Shown: piece by piece, positions 54,115 to 63,007 of the stretch
How the letters are laid out: each line of letters starts with the position of its first letter
How positions within the stretch are numbered: the stretch's first letter is position 1
Source of the DNA: a virus
Lineage: Duplodnaviria > Caudoviricetes
DNA length: 63,007 nt
IMG/VR virus record: IMGVR_UViG_3300011438_000011
Span: 1 to 63,007 of that record
Reading direction: 5' to 3' (one strand)
The notes under the pieces: model-generated
Databases searched by the model: none
What the model was told of the DNA's origin: nothing
The model's input: the letters and a program-made list of their open reading frames with translations, nothing else
Translations under genes and position numbers: made by a program

Positions 54115-55758
54115 ATGGCCGACGAAGCACCGCAGCCCATCCCGTCCGTGCCCATGGCGCCCCTCCGGGCCATCTGCGAAGACGAGCGATTTCGACTACT
54201 CGATCGTCAGGAGTCGTACTTCCGGGCGAAGCAGGACGCCGGCAAGGTGTACGACTGGGATGGCAACATCACCGGGGCGGCCGGACTGCCAATCAAGGCC
54301 GGGTGGGTGGTGCCCTACAAGATGCGTCGGCCGTCGACGCGCTACGACATGGCCCGGCTCATCGTGCTCCGGCTGACCTCGATGGTGTTCGGTCAGGACC
54401 GGTTCCCCGAGATCCGGATCGAAGGCGACAGCGAGGCCGAGGACTACGTCCGCACCCTCGCTACCGAGGCCCGTCTGCCGGTCCGCATGGCCGAGGCGCG
54501 CAACATGGGAGGCGCCACCGGCACGGCCTGCCTCTCGTTCGGGTTCCGGGCGGGCCGGCCGCGGGTGCACGTCCACAACGCCAAGCACGTCCTCGTGACC
54601 CAGTGGGACGACTACGACGAGCGCCGGCCGGCCGCGGTACTCAAGGCGTACTCGTCACCGCGCCAGGTGTGGGACGAAGCCGAGAAGCGGATCAAGACGA
54701 AGTCGTTCTGGACCGTCTACCACTGGTCGCAAACGCTCGAGGTCGTCTGGCGTGACATCCCGGAGTCGGTCGCCAATACGTCGGCGTGGCCGGTGTGGCC
54801 GAGTTCGGTGACCATCCACAACTACGGGTTCTGCCCGTTCTACCTCGTGCAGAACCGCCCGTGCTCTGAGGAGCAAGACGGGGAAGGCGACTACGATGGG
54901 ATCGAGGATACTCTCGACGAGGTTAACCGGCTCTTGTCGGCGACCACCAAGGGCACCATCGCCAACGTGGATCCGACGCTCGTGATCCACAGCGACCCGT
55001 CGGCGAACACCGGCCAGGTGTTCAAGGGGTCCGAGCACGCCATCTTCTCGGCCAATGGCGCCGAGTACCTCGAGCTGAAAGGGACTGCCGTGCAGACCGC
55101 CGAGCGGCAACTCGAGCGGTTGCGCACGTATATCCTCGACGTCGCCGGGGTGGTCCTTGCCGACCCGGAGAAGCTGGCCGGAGCTGCACAGTCGGCCCGC
55201 GCCCTCGAGATCATCTATCAGCCGATGCTCGCCAACTGCGACATCTTGCGCGAGCAATACGGGGAGCATGGCGTCAAGGTCATCCTCCGCGACATGCTGC
55301 GCGTCGCGCGGCTGCTCGCGAGCATGCCCCCGACGGTCCTCCCCGACGGGACCCAGGTGCAGTCACAAGTCATCCTGCCGCCGCGCGTCGAGACCTCGAC
55401 GGACGACGCCGGCAACGAGACCGTGACGATTACCGACCGCACGCCGGGCGTGAGCGAGAACGTCAAGCTCAACTGGCGGCCGTACTTCGCCCCGACGTGG
55501 ACGGACATCGTCCAAGCCACAACCGGCATGAAGAACGCCAACGGCGGCAAGCCGACGGTGTCACAGCGGACGTCGGTGCAAGCGATCGCTCCGCTGGTCG
55601 GGATCGAGGACATCGACGCGGAGATGGCGCGCATCGAAGAGGAGGCCGCGGCTGAAGCCCAGAAGGCCCAGGACATGTTCGCCCAGCAGCAGGAGACCGC
55701 GGCGTTCTTCGAGAAGCCCAGCGGCGACAAGCCGCCCCCCAAGGACGACGAGGCGTAA
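54115..55758 (+). CDS. Portal protein (SPP1 gp6-like)
   Basis: About 547 aa after TerL; HNYGFCPF, QSARALEI, EMARIEEE motifs. Confidence 0.85.
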   Translation: MADEAPQPIPSVPMAPLRAICEDERFRLLDRQESYFRAKQDAGKVYDWDGNITGAAGLPIKAGWVVPYKMRRPSTRYDMARLIVLRLTSMVFGQDRFPEIRIEGDSEAEDYVRTLATEARLPVRMAEARNMGGATGTACLSFGFRAGRPRVHVHNAKHVLVTQWDDYDERRPAAVLKAYSSPRQVWDEAEKRIKTKSFWTVYHWSQTLEVVWRDIPESVANTSAWPVWPSSVTIHNYGFCPFYLVQNRPCSEEQDGEGDYDGIEDTLDEVNRLLSATTKGTIANVDPTLVIHSDPSANTGQVFKGSEHAIFSANGAEYLELKGTAVQTAERQLERLRTYILDVAGVVLADPEKLAGAAQSARALEIIYQPMLANCDILREQYGEHGVKVILRDMLRVARLLASMPPTVLPDGTQVQSQVILPPRVETSTDDAGNETVTITDRTPGVSENVKLNWRPYFAPTWTDIVQATTGMKNANGGKPTVSQRTSVQAIAPLVGIEDIDAEMARIEEEAAAEAQKAQDMFAQQQETAAFFEKPSGDKPPPKDDEA

Positions 55759-55761
55759 GCC

Positions 55762-57819
55762 GTGCAGGTCTTGGGGGATGTCCGCGACGTCCTCGGTGGT
55801 GTGCTCCGGGATGTCGAAGCGATCGCGACGTCGCCGGCCGTGATGCGCGAGCTGCTCGGCGACCTTCGAGAGGCCGAACGCCGTCTCGGCTACAAGCTCC
55901 GCGACGAGGTCGTGAAGCACGGCAGCCTGGACTCGCGGTTCACCGGCGCGCAGGCGGTGATGGTGCAGCAGCAAGTTCTGCACGCGATCGACTACGTCCA
56001 GGACCGGATCCGCGGCCGGACGTCGGAGCAAGCCGCCGCGGCGATCCACGGCGGGCTCCAGCGGACGATCACGACCATGGAGGGCCTCGAGCGCCGGTTC
56101 ACCGGGGTTGTCAGCCCGCTCCGGCTGCGCGAGGCACACGAGTTCTCGCGCGCCAAGGCGCAAGCCCGCGGCATGTGGGCCCGGGACTTCCCCACAAGCG
56201 TCGACCGATATGGGACGAAGATGCTCGGGGAATTCGAGGAAGTGATCAGGGGCGGGCTCGTCGCGGGTTCGTCGATGGAGGAGATCATCGGTGCGCTCAC
56301 CGGGCGCGGAGGTCCCAAGGGCCAGGTGTCGCTCGCCGCGAAGGTCACGCCGGCCGGTGTGCTCCGCGTCCGCGAGGCGGACATCCCTGAAGGGCTGTTC
56401 GTCCGCAACAAGTACTGGGCCGAGCGCCTGGTGCGGACCGAGCTCCTCAAGGCGTACAACGGAGCTCGACAGGCCGGGCTCGAGTCATCCGCTGCCGATC
56501 ACCCGGGGTTGAAGCGCAAGATCCTGGCAATCCTCGACAAGCGGACGGCCCCGGATTCCCTCGGTGTCCATGGTCAGATCCGCGGCATCAAAGAGCCGTT
56601 CGTCGACGGAGCCGGCCGATCGTACCTGTACCCACCGGCTCGGCCGAACGATCGCGAGACCGTCATCCCGTGGAAGGACTCGTGGGAGGACAGCGCGGAG
56701 AACCTCTCCGACTGGGAGAAGGCATGCATCGGCGAAGGCGACGCGGAGACCGAAGCCAAGCTCGAGGCTGCGATGCGCGCGATCGCCGGCAAGGCTGAGC
56801 CGGGTGCCAAGCCTTCCAAGGCCAAGGCCCCCAAGGCCCCCAAGCCGCCGAGCGAACGCCCGAAGGTCAAGACGTGGGCCGAGCGAACGGAAGCGGATCT
56901 CCGTGGCCGACTCGCCTACGACAGGTACACGGGGATGACCTTCGATGGTGACAAGGTCGGCGTCGTGGTCGCCGGCCCGAATGACTGGCGGGCGTCCTAC
57001 ACGCACCGTAGCCCCCGTGGCATCGTCTCCACGGACCTCGGCGCGTTCGCCAGTCATGACGAAGCCAGAGACGCCCTCGTGGCCCATTGGAATACGCGAA
57101 TGGCGAGGGCGGCGCAGTCGATTGAGCGCTGGAAGATTGACGACTACACGGCGGCCGTGGACCGCGATGATCGGCCGAAGATGCGCCGACTGGTGCGTGG
57201 GCTCCTCTACGAGAACAAGGTGTTGCCGCGCGATGCGTTGTTCTCGGACGTCGCCGACGTGCTCGACGTGTCACCGAACCGGTCCATGCCTGATGCACTT
57301 GCATACCACCATTGGAACGGCCGAGTGGAGCTCCGCCAAGACGCGTTCGATGCAGCCAAAAAGCAGAGCAACGGATTGAGGCCAGGTCTCGCATCACACC
57401 TTGGCACCATGGTTCACGAGGAGCTCCACGGTTCAACCCATTACTCTGCTGCCTCGTTCTACGCTGGCTACGGTGCAGCCATCGAGGAAGTCACCGTGGA
57501 GATGGCGGCCCGAAAAGTGGTCGCGAAGGCGACCAAGACACCGATGCCTTATTACACTGGTGCGTACCAGCGTCACATCGACGAGATCGTGGGGATCGTC
57601 CAAGAGGAAGTCGAGAAGGTCCAAGGCAGCCACCGGGGGACGCGGGATCGGGATGCGGTCGCCGACGCGGGTCTTGCGATGCGTGGTAAACAACGAGGGC
57701 GCGGGGCCCGTGATGCGGGCGAGCTGCTCGATCAGTTCGTCGACAAGTTGAAGGTGCCGGCCAAGGCCAAAAGATTCATCCGCGGGCGCATCCACAGCAC
57801 CGTTCGGGCCCCAAGATGA
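55762..57819 (+). CDS. MuF/SPP1 gp7-like head morphogenesis protein with C-terminal HExxH domain
   Basis: AERLVRTELLKAYN...DKRT...PPARPNDR; later VHEELHG...IEEVTVE. Confidence 0.8.
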   Translation: MQVLGDVRDVLGGVLRDVEAIATSPAVMRELLGDLREAERRLGYKLRDEVVKHGSLDSRFTGAQAVMVQQQVLHAIDYVQDRIRGRTSEQAAAAIHGGLQRTITTMEGLERRFTGVVSPLRLREAHEFSRAKAQARGMWARDFPTSVDRYGTKMLGEFEEVIRGGLVAGSSMEEIIGALTGRGGPKGQVSLAAKVTPAGVLRVREADIPEGLFVRNKYWAERLVRTELLKAYNGARQAGLESSAADHPGLKRKILAILDKRTAPDSLGVHGQIRGIKEPFVDGAGRSYLYPPARPNDRETVIPWKDSWEDSAENLSDWEKACIGEGDAETEAKLEAAMRAIAGKAEPGAKPSKAKAPKAPKPPSERPKVKTWAERTEADLRGRLAYDRYTGMTFDGDKVGVVVAGPNDWRASYTHRSPRGIVSTDLGAFASHDEARDALVAHWNTRMARAAQSIERWKIDDYTAAVDRDDRPKMRRLVRGLLYENKVLPRDALFSDVADVLDVSPNRSMPDALAYHHWNGRVELRQDAFDAAKKQSNGLRPGLASHLGTMVHEELHGSTHYSAASFYAGYGAAIEEVTVEMAARKVVAKATKTPMPYYTGAYQRHIDEIVGIVQEEVEKVQGSHRGTRDRDAVADAGLAMRGKQRGRGARDAGELLDQFVDKLKVPAKAKRFIRGRIHSTVRAPR

Positions 57820-57841
57820 CCGACCAGCAAGGAGACCGACC

Positions 57842-58075
57842 ATGTCACATCCCGTCACGATCCCCGAAGACATCGACAAGCGCATCGACGCTCTGACTCG
57901 CAACGACCCCGACGAAGCCGAGGACATCGCGCGAGCCCTCGTGTACGCGATCGGGTTCTGCCCATCGTCGGTGGCGCACACCATGCTCATGATGCAGGAC
58001 GACGACGCCGACCTCCGCGCGCGCATCCTGGGGCTGAAGATCCACCCGATGCCAGGCGTCGCCGAGGTCCGGTGA
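57842..58075 (+). CDS. Small protein downstream of MuF (candidate immunity/partner)
   Basis: AAGGAG RBS; 77 aa, acidic. Confidence 0.6.
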   Translation: MSHPVTIPEDIDKRIDALTRNDPDEAEDIARALVYAIGFCPSSVAHTMLMMQDDDADLRARILGLKIHPMPGVAEVR

Positions 58076-58566
58076 TGGCGAAGGCAATCCAGGTCCGGGC
58101 GTGGCCGTGCGAGCGCAGCTCGAACGAGTACAAGTCCGGTCTCACGATCGTCAACAACGAGCACGGGCTGTCGAATGGCAACCACGAGCTCATCGGTGCG
58201 CGTGACGTCACCTGGGAAGGCATCCAGTGGCGGGTGGCACACGACACGAACAGCGGCGTGCTCTACGTTCTCGCCCCCACCCGGGAGGTGGTTGAGACGT
58301 GGCGCGGAGCCCTCGAGCGTCTCGCGGTCGTGGTGGCCGACCGCAACGGGCTGAAAAACGTGATCGAAGAGCTCGCGTTCCTCTCGACGTCGTCCCTCGT
58401 GCCGCGGATGCAGACCTCGCGTCCGATGCCACGGCCGAACAACAAGCGCCTGGCATTGAACGCCATCACGCAGGCCGTCAAGGACGCCATCCCCTTCGGC
58501 GTGACACCGCAAGACATTCGCTTGGCGGTGTACGCGGCGATGGGGCTGGACGCAGACGCGGCGTAG
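58075..58566 (+). CDS. Hypothetical protein
   Basis: TGATG overlap. Confidence 0.6.
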   Translation: MAKAIQVRAWPCERSSNEYKSGLTIVNNEHGLSNGNHELIGARDVTWEGIQWRVAHDTNSGVLYVLAPTREVVETWRGALERLAVVVADRNGLKNVIEELAFLSTSSLVPRMQTSRPMPRPNNKRLALNAITQAVKDAIPFGVTPQDIRLAVYAAMGLDADAA

Positions 58567-58582
58567 GAGTAGCCTCCGGCTC

Positions 58583-58783
58583 ATGGCGACCACTGCCGTC
58601 ACGCCGGATTACCGCACGAACCAGGCCGAGGGCTTCACGAAGCCCCTCGACGAGTCCGATCGGTTCGTCGAGAACCGCGAGCTCCACTTCGACCCGGAGC
58701 GCGAGCAATCGGGGAACCTCCCCGGCCAGCCGGACACGCCGGATGCGGCGCCCGGCAACGCCCGGCCGTGGAAGCCCCTCTGA
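58583..58783 (+). CDS. Small hypothetical protein
   Basis: AGGAG RBS. Confidence 0.55.
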   Translation: MATTAVTPDYRTNQAEGFTKPLDESDRFVENRELHFDPEREQSGNLPGQPDTPDAAPGNARPWKPL

Positions 58784-58801
58784 CCACCGAAGGAGATCAC
58801 C

Positions 58802-59083
58802 ATGGCCGAGCTACCGTTCCGAGCGCAAGCATCCCAGTCATCCGGCTCCGGTTCGTCCGGGGATAACTCGTTCATCGGCCGAGGCGCCGAAGACGCCGAC
58901 ATCAACGGCACGCAGGGCGGCGCGCCCGGCGGCCGATGGCCGCAAGATGACCTCCCCATGTCGGCAGCCCCCGGCAACGCCCAGGGGTGGACCGAGGGCT
59001 TCTCGCCCTCGAGCGAAAATCCCCCTCTCCCCGGGTCGCCGACCGAAGGCGTCGGCTTGACCCCGTCCGGCAACCGCCGCTGA
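58802..59083 (+). CDS. Small Gly/Pro/Ser-rich hypothetical protein
   Basis: AAGGAG RBS. Confidence 0.6.
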   Translation: MAELPFRAQASQSSGSGSSGDNSFIGRGAEDADINGTQGGAPGGRWPQDDLPMSAAPGNAQGWTEGFSPSSENPPLPGSPTEGVGLTPSGNRR

Positions 59084-59096
59084 TCACCGAGGCCGC

Positions 59097-59861
59097 ATGT
59101 CCAAGACCGTCTCGCTCCATGGCAACATCACCGTCGTAGACGGCGCTGGGTGTGGCTGCTCGTCGGACCAGATCACCAAACCCATGGGCCTGGGGCCGGC
59201 CGGGAGCATGTCCGGCGGCTGCTGCACGGGCGGCCTGACATACGACGAGGCCGCGGCGGTCTCGGTCACGATCGCCACGGTGGGGAACCCGGGCGCGCAG
59301 TGGGTCGACATCAAGGCCCTGGATCAGTTCACGTCCATCGAGTTCCTCCGGGTGGTGTCGTCCGCCCGGATCCGTCTTCGCATCAACCCGACGCGTCCCC
59401 AGATCACCGGGGTTGCGACGGTCCCACCGGGTGGCGTCACCGCTGGCTCGGCAACCTTCACAGTCACCGACGCGACCGGTGTACAGTACACGGCCGCGGT
59501 GGCGTTCTCGGGTGCCACCAACACGCCGAGCCTCGTCGTCGGCGCGATCAACGCCGCTCTCGCGGGCGCTGGTGCGCCCTTCCCGCCGGATGGCCAGATC
59601 GCCCGCTTGGTGGCTGGCGTCCTCGTTCTCGTCAGCCCCGGGATCGGGCCGGCCGCGTTCGTCCGCCTCGCGGCCGGCGCACCCGTCGATCTCGGGCTCG
59701 GCACCATCTTGGTCACGGTCTCCGGCACCTCGTCGGATCAACCCGACACCGAGGGCCTCGTCATCCTCCAGTTTCCCCGCTCGCCCAACGCACCGACCAA
59801 GGTGCAAGTGAGCGGCACTGCCACGGTGGATATCGTGGCAGCCGGCCGCGTCACCGCCTGA
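59097..59861 (+). CDS. Putative virion structural protein
   Basis: Beta-rich Gly/Thr/Val composition in head module. Confidence 0.55.
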   Translation: MSKTVSLHGNITVVDGAGCGCSSDQITKPMGLGPAGSMSGGCCTGGLTYDEAAAVSVTIATVGNPGAQWVDIKALDQFTSIEFLRVVSSARIRLRINPTRPQITGVATVPPGGVTAGSATFTVTDATGVQYTAAVAFSGATNTPSLVVGAINAALAGAGAPFPPDGQIARLVAGVLVLVSPGIGPAAFVRLAAGAPVDLGLGTILVTVSGTSSDQPDTEGLVILQFPRSPNAPTKVQVSGTATVDIVAAGRVTA

Positions 59862-59882
59862 TTCCAACAAGGAGACCGTCCC

Positions 59883-60509
59883 ATGACTCGCCAGCTGTCC
59901 GTAGTCCTGAATGAAGCCAACCCGAACAAGATCCCCGATGCGCTCAAGGATCTGGGAGCCGGAACCGCCCTCGGCCTCGTCGCGCGAACCGCCCGCATCA
60001 CCGTCGTTGCCGCTACCGGAATCGGGGCCCTGCCCGAGGGTGCCAAGGCCGCGGCGCTCCTCCGCGCGCGCGTCACGGCCGGCGGCGTGGTCGGTGCGTT
60101 CACGTGCCTCGAGACCGACGCGGCCCCCGCGACGACGCAGGCCGGCATCAACGCTCTCGGCAACATCCAGTTCTTGATCGCCGACGCGGTCACCGAGGCC
60201 GAGATCGTGTACTTCGTGGCCGAGGGCGTCGTCCGTGACGAGACCTTGGCCGTCGCCGCGAACGTCGCGGCCTTGCCGTCCGGGATCCAGGCGCGCCAGC
60301 TCCTGACGGCGGCCGACGGATCGACCGGCGCAGCGAAGACCGTGGTCGCCCGGAGCAACGCGCCCGGGGCCGGCAACGTGTCGATCTCCGTCGATGGCGA
60401 CGCGATCCGCGTCGGCGACGCGATCGCCTCGATCCACGTCCGCTACATCGCGTTCCCGCTGACCGGCGGGAGCATCAACGAGAAGCTCCAGTCGGCCGTC
60501 AACTACTAG
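59883..60509 (+). CDS. Putative head decoration protein
   Basis: AAGGAG RBS; Ala-rich; upstream of scaffold and capsid. Confidence 0.5.
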   Translation: MTRQLSVVLNEANPNKIPDALKDLGAGTALGLVARTARITVVAATGIGALPEGAKAAALLRARVTAGGVVGAFTCLETDAAPATTQAGINALGNIQFLIADAVTEAEIVYFVAEGVVRDETLAVAANVAALPSGIQARQLLTAADGSTGAAKTVVARSNAPGAGNVSISVDGDAIRVGDAIASIHVRYIAFPLTGGSINEKLQSAVNY

Positions 60510-60583
60510 CCATTCGCCACGATCCGACCGACCAAACACGCTGACGCCTGGCGGTTAATCAGACGGGAAAGGACCAGATCACC

Positions 60584-61279
60584 ATGGCCGAGACCGAGGA
60601 AGAGAAGAAAGCCCGCGAGGCCGCCGAGGCCGCTGCACGCAAGGCCGCGGAGGACGCGGCCAAGACCATCCCGTTCGCGTCGTTCCCCGACGCCGACTCG
60701 TTCAAGAAGCGGGTCGAGCGCGAGGCGCGCTCCTTGCTCAAGGAGGCCGGACTCACCGAGACCGACCCCGCGAAGCTCAAGCTGATCGTCGATCAGCACG
60801 CCAAGGTGCTCGCCGACCAGGCCGCGGCCGAGGAGGCGAAGAAGTCCGAGATCCAGCGGGCATCCGAGGCCAAGATCAAGGCCGAGCTCGAGGCCGCCGC
60901 GGCGATGTCGGCCAAAGAGCAGTCGGACATGCGGGCGCACCTCTTCCAGGTGTTCGCGCGTGAGGGCGTCAAGAACTTCGACTACGCCCTCTACGCGGTG
61001 CAGACCAAGCTCGCCGAGCTCAAGGACGGCCAGGAGCTCGACGAGGTCGCGTTCGTCAAGGGGCTCATGGCCGACAAGAGCCAGGCCGCGGCGCTCGGTC
61101 TCGTCGAAACGCCGGCCGTGAAGATCGAAGGCGCGACCACCACGGAAGCCGGCAAGCAGCCGGAGGCCAAGCCGGGTTCGCCGGCCGGCGACCCCAAGGC
61201 CGCCCCCGACGTGTTTCAGCAGACGCCCGAGGCGTTCAAGGCGGGCGTGTCTGCGAAGTACGGCTTCACGCCGATGTGA
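60584..61279 (+). CDS. Capsid scaffolding protein
   Basis: Charged coiled coil with AKKSEIQR motif and Pro-rich tail; precedes MCP. Confidence 0.8.
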   Translation: MAETEEEKKAREAAEAAARKAAEDAAKTIPFASFPDADSFKKRVEREARSLLKEAGLTETDPAKLKLIVDQHAKVLADQAAAEEAKKSEIQRASEAKIKAELEAAAAMSAKEQSDMRAHLFQVFAREGVKNFDYALYAVQTKLAELKDGQELDEVAFVKGLMADKSQAAALGLVETPAVKIEGATTTEAGKQPEAKPGSPAGDPKAAPDVFQQTPEAFKAGVSAKYGFTPM

Positions 61280-61283
61280 CCTG

Positions 61284-61640
61284 GTGGGTCGGGCGTTAGC
61301 GATCGCGCTCCTGGTCTCCGGGTGCGCCGCGTCCGGTCCCCGCGCATGGCGTCCGTCCGATGTGGCGCTCGAGGCCGTGTTTGTCGCCGCGACGATGGTC
61401 GACTGGAAGCAGTCGGGCAAGTACGTGGCCGGGTGTCGAGAGGCCAACCCGGCGATCGGCCCGTGCGGCGAGCGCATCCCGCTCAACGTGTGGATACCGG
61501 TAGCCGCCTTGGCCCACCTGGCGATCACCCATGCGCTACCCGCCGGGACGTGGCGAACCGCGTGGCTGGGACTCACCGGCGGTCTTGAGGTTGACAGTGT
61601 GTATGCCAACTACCTACTCGACGCGTCGGATGCTCGATAG
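61284..61640 (+). CDS. Putative membrane lipoprotein (moron-like)
   Basis: Lipobox LVSGC; D..QS...REANPAIG motif; hydrophobic segments. Confidence 0.55.
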   Translation: MGRALAIALLVSGCAASGPRAWRPSDVALEAVFVAATMVDWKQSGKYVAGCREANPAIGPCGERIPLNVWIPVAALAHLAITHALPAGTWRTAWLGLTGGLEVDSVYANYLLDASDAR

Positions 61641-61790
61641 GTTGTTCACCCCTTGCGCACACACGCGAACGCGAGTAGGGTCTGGGCTGAACTCAGCAGC
61701 ATAATCCAGTCCTCTCGGCAACCACGCGCACGCCAGCGGTCAATCGGCGGAAGGCACGAGGAGACGGAACACCCACACCAGAGGTGAACC

Positions 61791-63007
61791 GTGACCGTAT
61801 CCCTTCCCGGACTCCCCGATTCTCTTGCGAACCTGATCCAAGATCGCACCTTGGAGCGCATCTTCCACGATGCCCTCTACCCCCGGCTCTTGTTCCGCAG
61901 CGAGGCGATGGCCGAGCTGTGGCAGGCCAACCTCGGCGAGCGCATGGTCTTCACGCGCACCGGACTGATCCCGGTCTCGACGCAGCCGCTCACCCCGGGC
62001 GTCGATCCGCAGGTCGCGACGTACTCGATGGAGCAGTGGCAGGCCGAGGCCCGGCAGTTCGGCAACGCGATCGACACGCACATGCCGACGAGCTACGTGA
62101 CGCTCGCGCCGCTGTTCTTGCGCAACACCGTCCAGCTCGGTCTCAATGCCGGTGAGACGCTCAACCGGCTGGTGCGCAACCGCCTGTTCCGGGCGTACCT
62201 CGGTGGCACCACCAACATCGCAGTCGCCGCGCTCGTTGCGGCGACCCAGGTGGAGGTGGCGTCGATCAACGGGTTCACCGAGACCCTGGTCAACGCGGCC
62301 CCCATCCCGGTCGGTCCGGCGGCACCTCTCCCGGCGACGATCGGCGCCGAGGCCGTGTCGATCATCGGCGCGGTCCCCGCGAACCCGCTCGATCCGTTCG
62401 GGCGAGGAACCTTGTTCCTCGCGGCTCCCCTCGCGGCGCCCGCCGTGCTCCGCGCCTCGGTGATCGCGGCGAACCGGTCGCGCATCACGCGCGTCGGCGG
62501 TGGCGCGACGGTGGACGCGCTCGGGGCCGGCAACATCATCACGATGCAGGACGTGATCAACGCGGTCACCCGGCTGCGGACCACGAAGATTCCGGCATGC
62601 GCGGACGGCTACTACCACGTGCACCTCACGCCCGAGGGCGAGGCCGAGATCTTCGCCGATCCGGTGTTCCAGCGCCTCTACCAGTCGCTGCCGGAGTCCG
62701 CGGCCTACCGCGATCTCGCGATCGGCCAGCTCCTGGGGTGTCGCTTCTACCGCAACACCGAGAACCCGAACCCGGACAACTCGGGTGTGCTCGTCGGCTC
62801 GGGCTCGTCGGCGTTCGTGTCCGGCGAGGTCGGCGCGGACGTGATCAACAACGCGGGTCTGACCGTGCGCCGCGCTCTCGTCGTCGGCGGTGGCTCGATC
62901 TACGAGAAGTACCTCGACGAGTCGAAGTACATTTCGGAGGCCGGGGTGACGGGCAAGATCGGCCAGTTCTCGGTGGTCAACAACGGGGTCCAGGTCATGA
63001 CGCAGCG
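61791..63007 (+). CDS. Major capsid protein, N-terminal part (about 455 aa after joining 128-278)
   Basis: GAGGTG RBS + GTG; LIQDRTLERIFHDALYPRLLFR...; open to window end; follows scaffold. Confidence 0.88.
   Translation, partial: MTVSLPGLPDSLANLIQDRTLERIFHDALYPRLLFRSEAMAELWQANLGERMVFTRTGLIPVSTQPLTPGVDPQVATYSMEQWQAEARQFGNAIDTHMPTSYVTLAPLFLRNTVQLGLNAGETLNRLVRNRLFRAYLGGTTNIAVAALVAATQVEVASINGFTETLVNAAPIPVGPAAPLPATIGAEAVSIIGAVPANPLDPFGRGTLFLAAPLAAPAVLRASVIAANRSRITRVGGGATVDALGAGNIITMQDVINAVTRLRTTKIPACADGYYHVHLTPEGEAEIFADPVFQRLYQSLPESAAYRDLAIGQLLGCRFYRNTENPNPDNSGVLVGSGSSAFVSGEVGADVINNAGLTVRRALVVGGGSIYEKYLDESKYISEAGVTGKIGQFSVVNNGVQVMTQ

Overview
The window is almost certainly a complete, circularly permuted, GC-rich tailed phage genome of about 62.9 kb with a contractile (myovirus-type) tail. 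The last 22 nt (62986-63007) repeat 106-127 and join the major capsid gene in frame. Nt 1-105 look like a fold-back assembly artefact. All credible genes are on the + strand. Order: head-tail/tail/baseplate/fibre (0.3-20.3 kb, with a lambda-type GGGAAAG chaperone frameshift); a membrane-domain-amidase lysin; a highly structured non-coding region (21.2-22.0 kb); a DUF3150/6744-like + MoxR AAA + vWA triad; recombination/replication genes (PD-(D/E)XK nuclease, Sak4-like ATPase, SSB, RuvC-like, PolX-like, MTases); an RHH + ParB unit; many accessory genes; a complete 7-deazaguanine DNA-modification set (folE, queD, queE, queC, queF, DpdA-like) next to the terminase; portal; MuF with a HExxH C-terminal extension; scaffold; capsid. 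The most novel-looking signals are (1) three intergenic tRNA-like elements (two ~105-nt cloverleaf mimics without a normal anticodon arm and one 12-bp T-loop minihelix), each just downstream of a stop codon, (2) two tandem promoter-sRNA-terminator units plus a run of about 10 hairpins, and (3) a ~20-bp operator-like motif at several promoters, probably read by the RHH protein. No integrase, replicative polymerase, helicase or primase was recognised. All calls come from reading motifs by eye; no searches were run.
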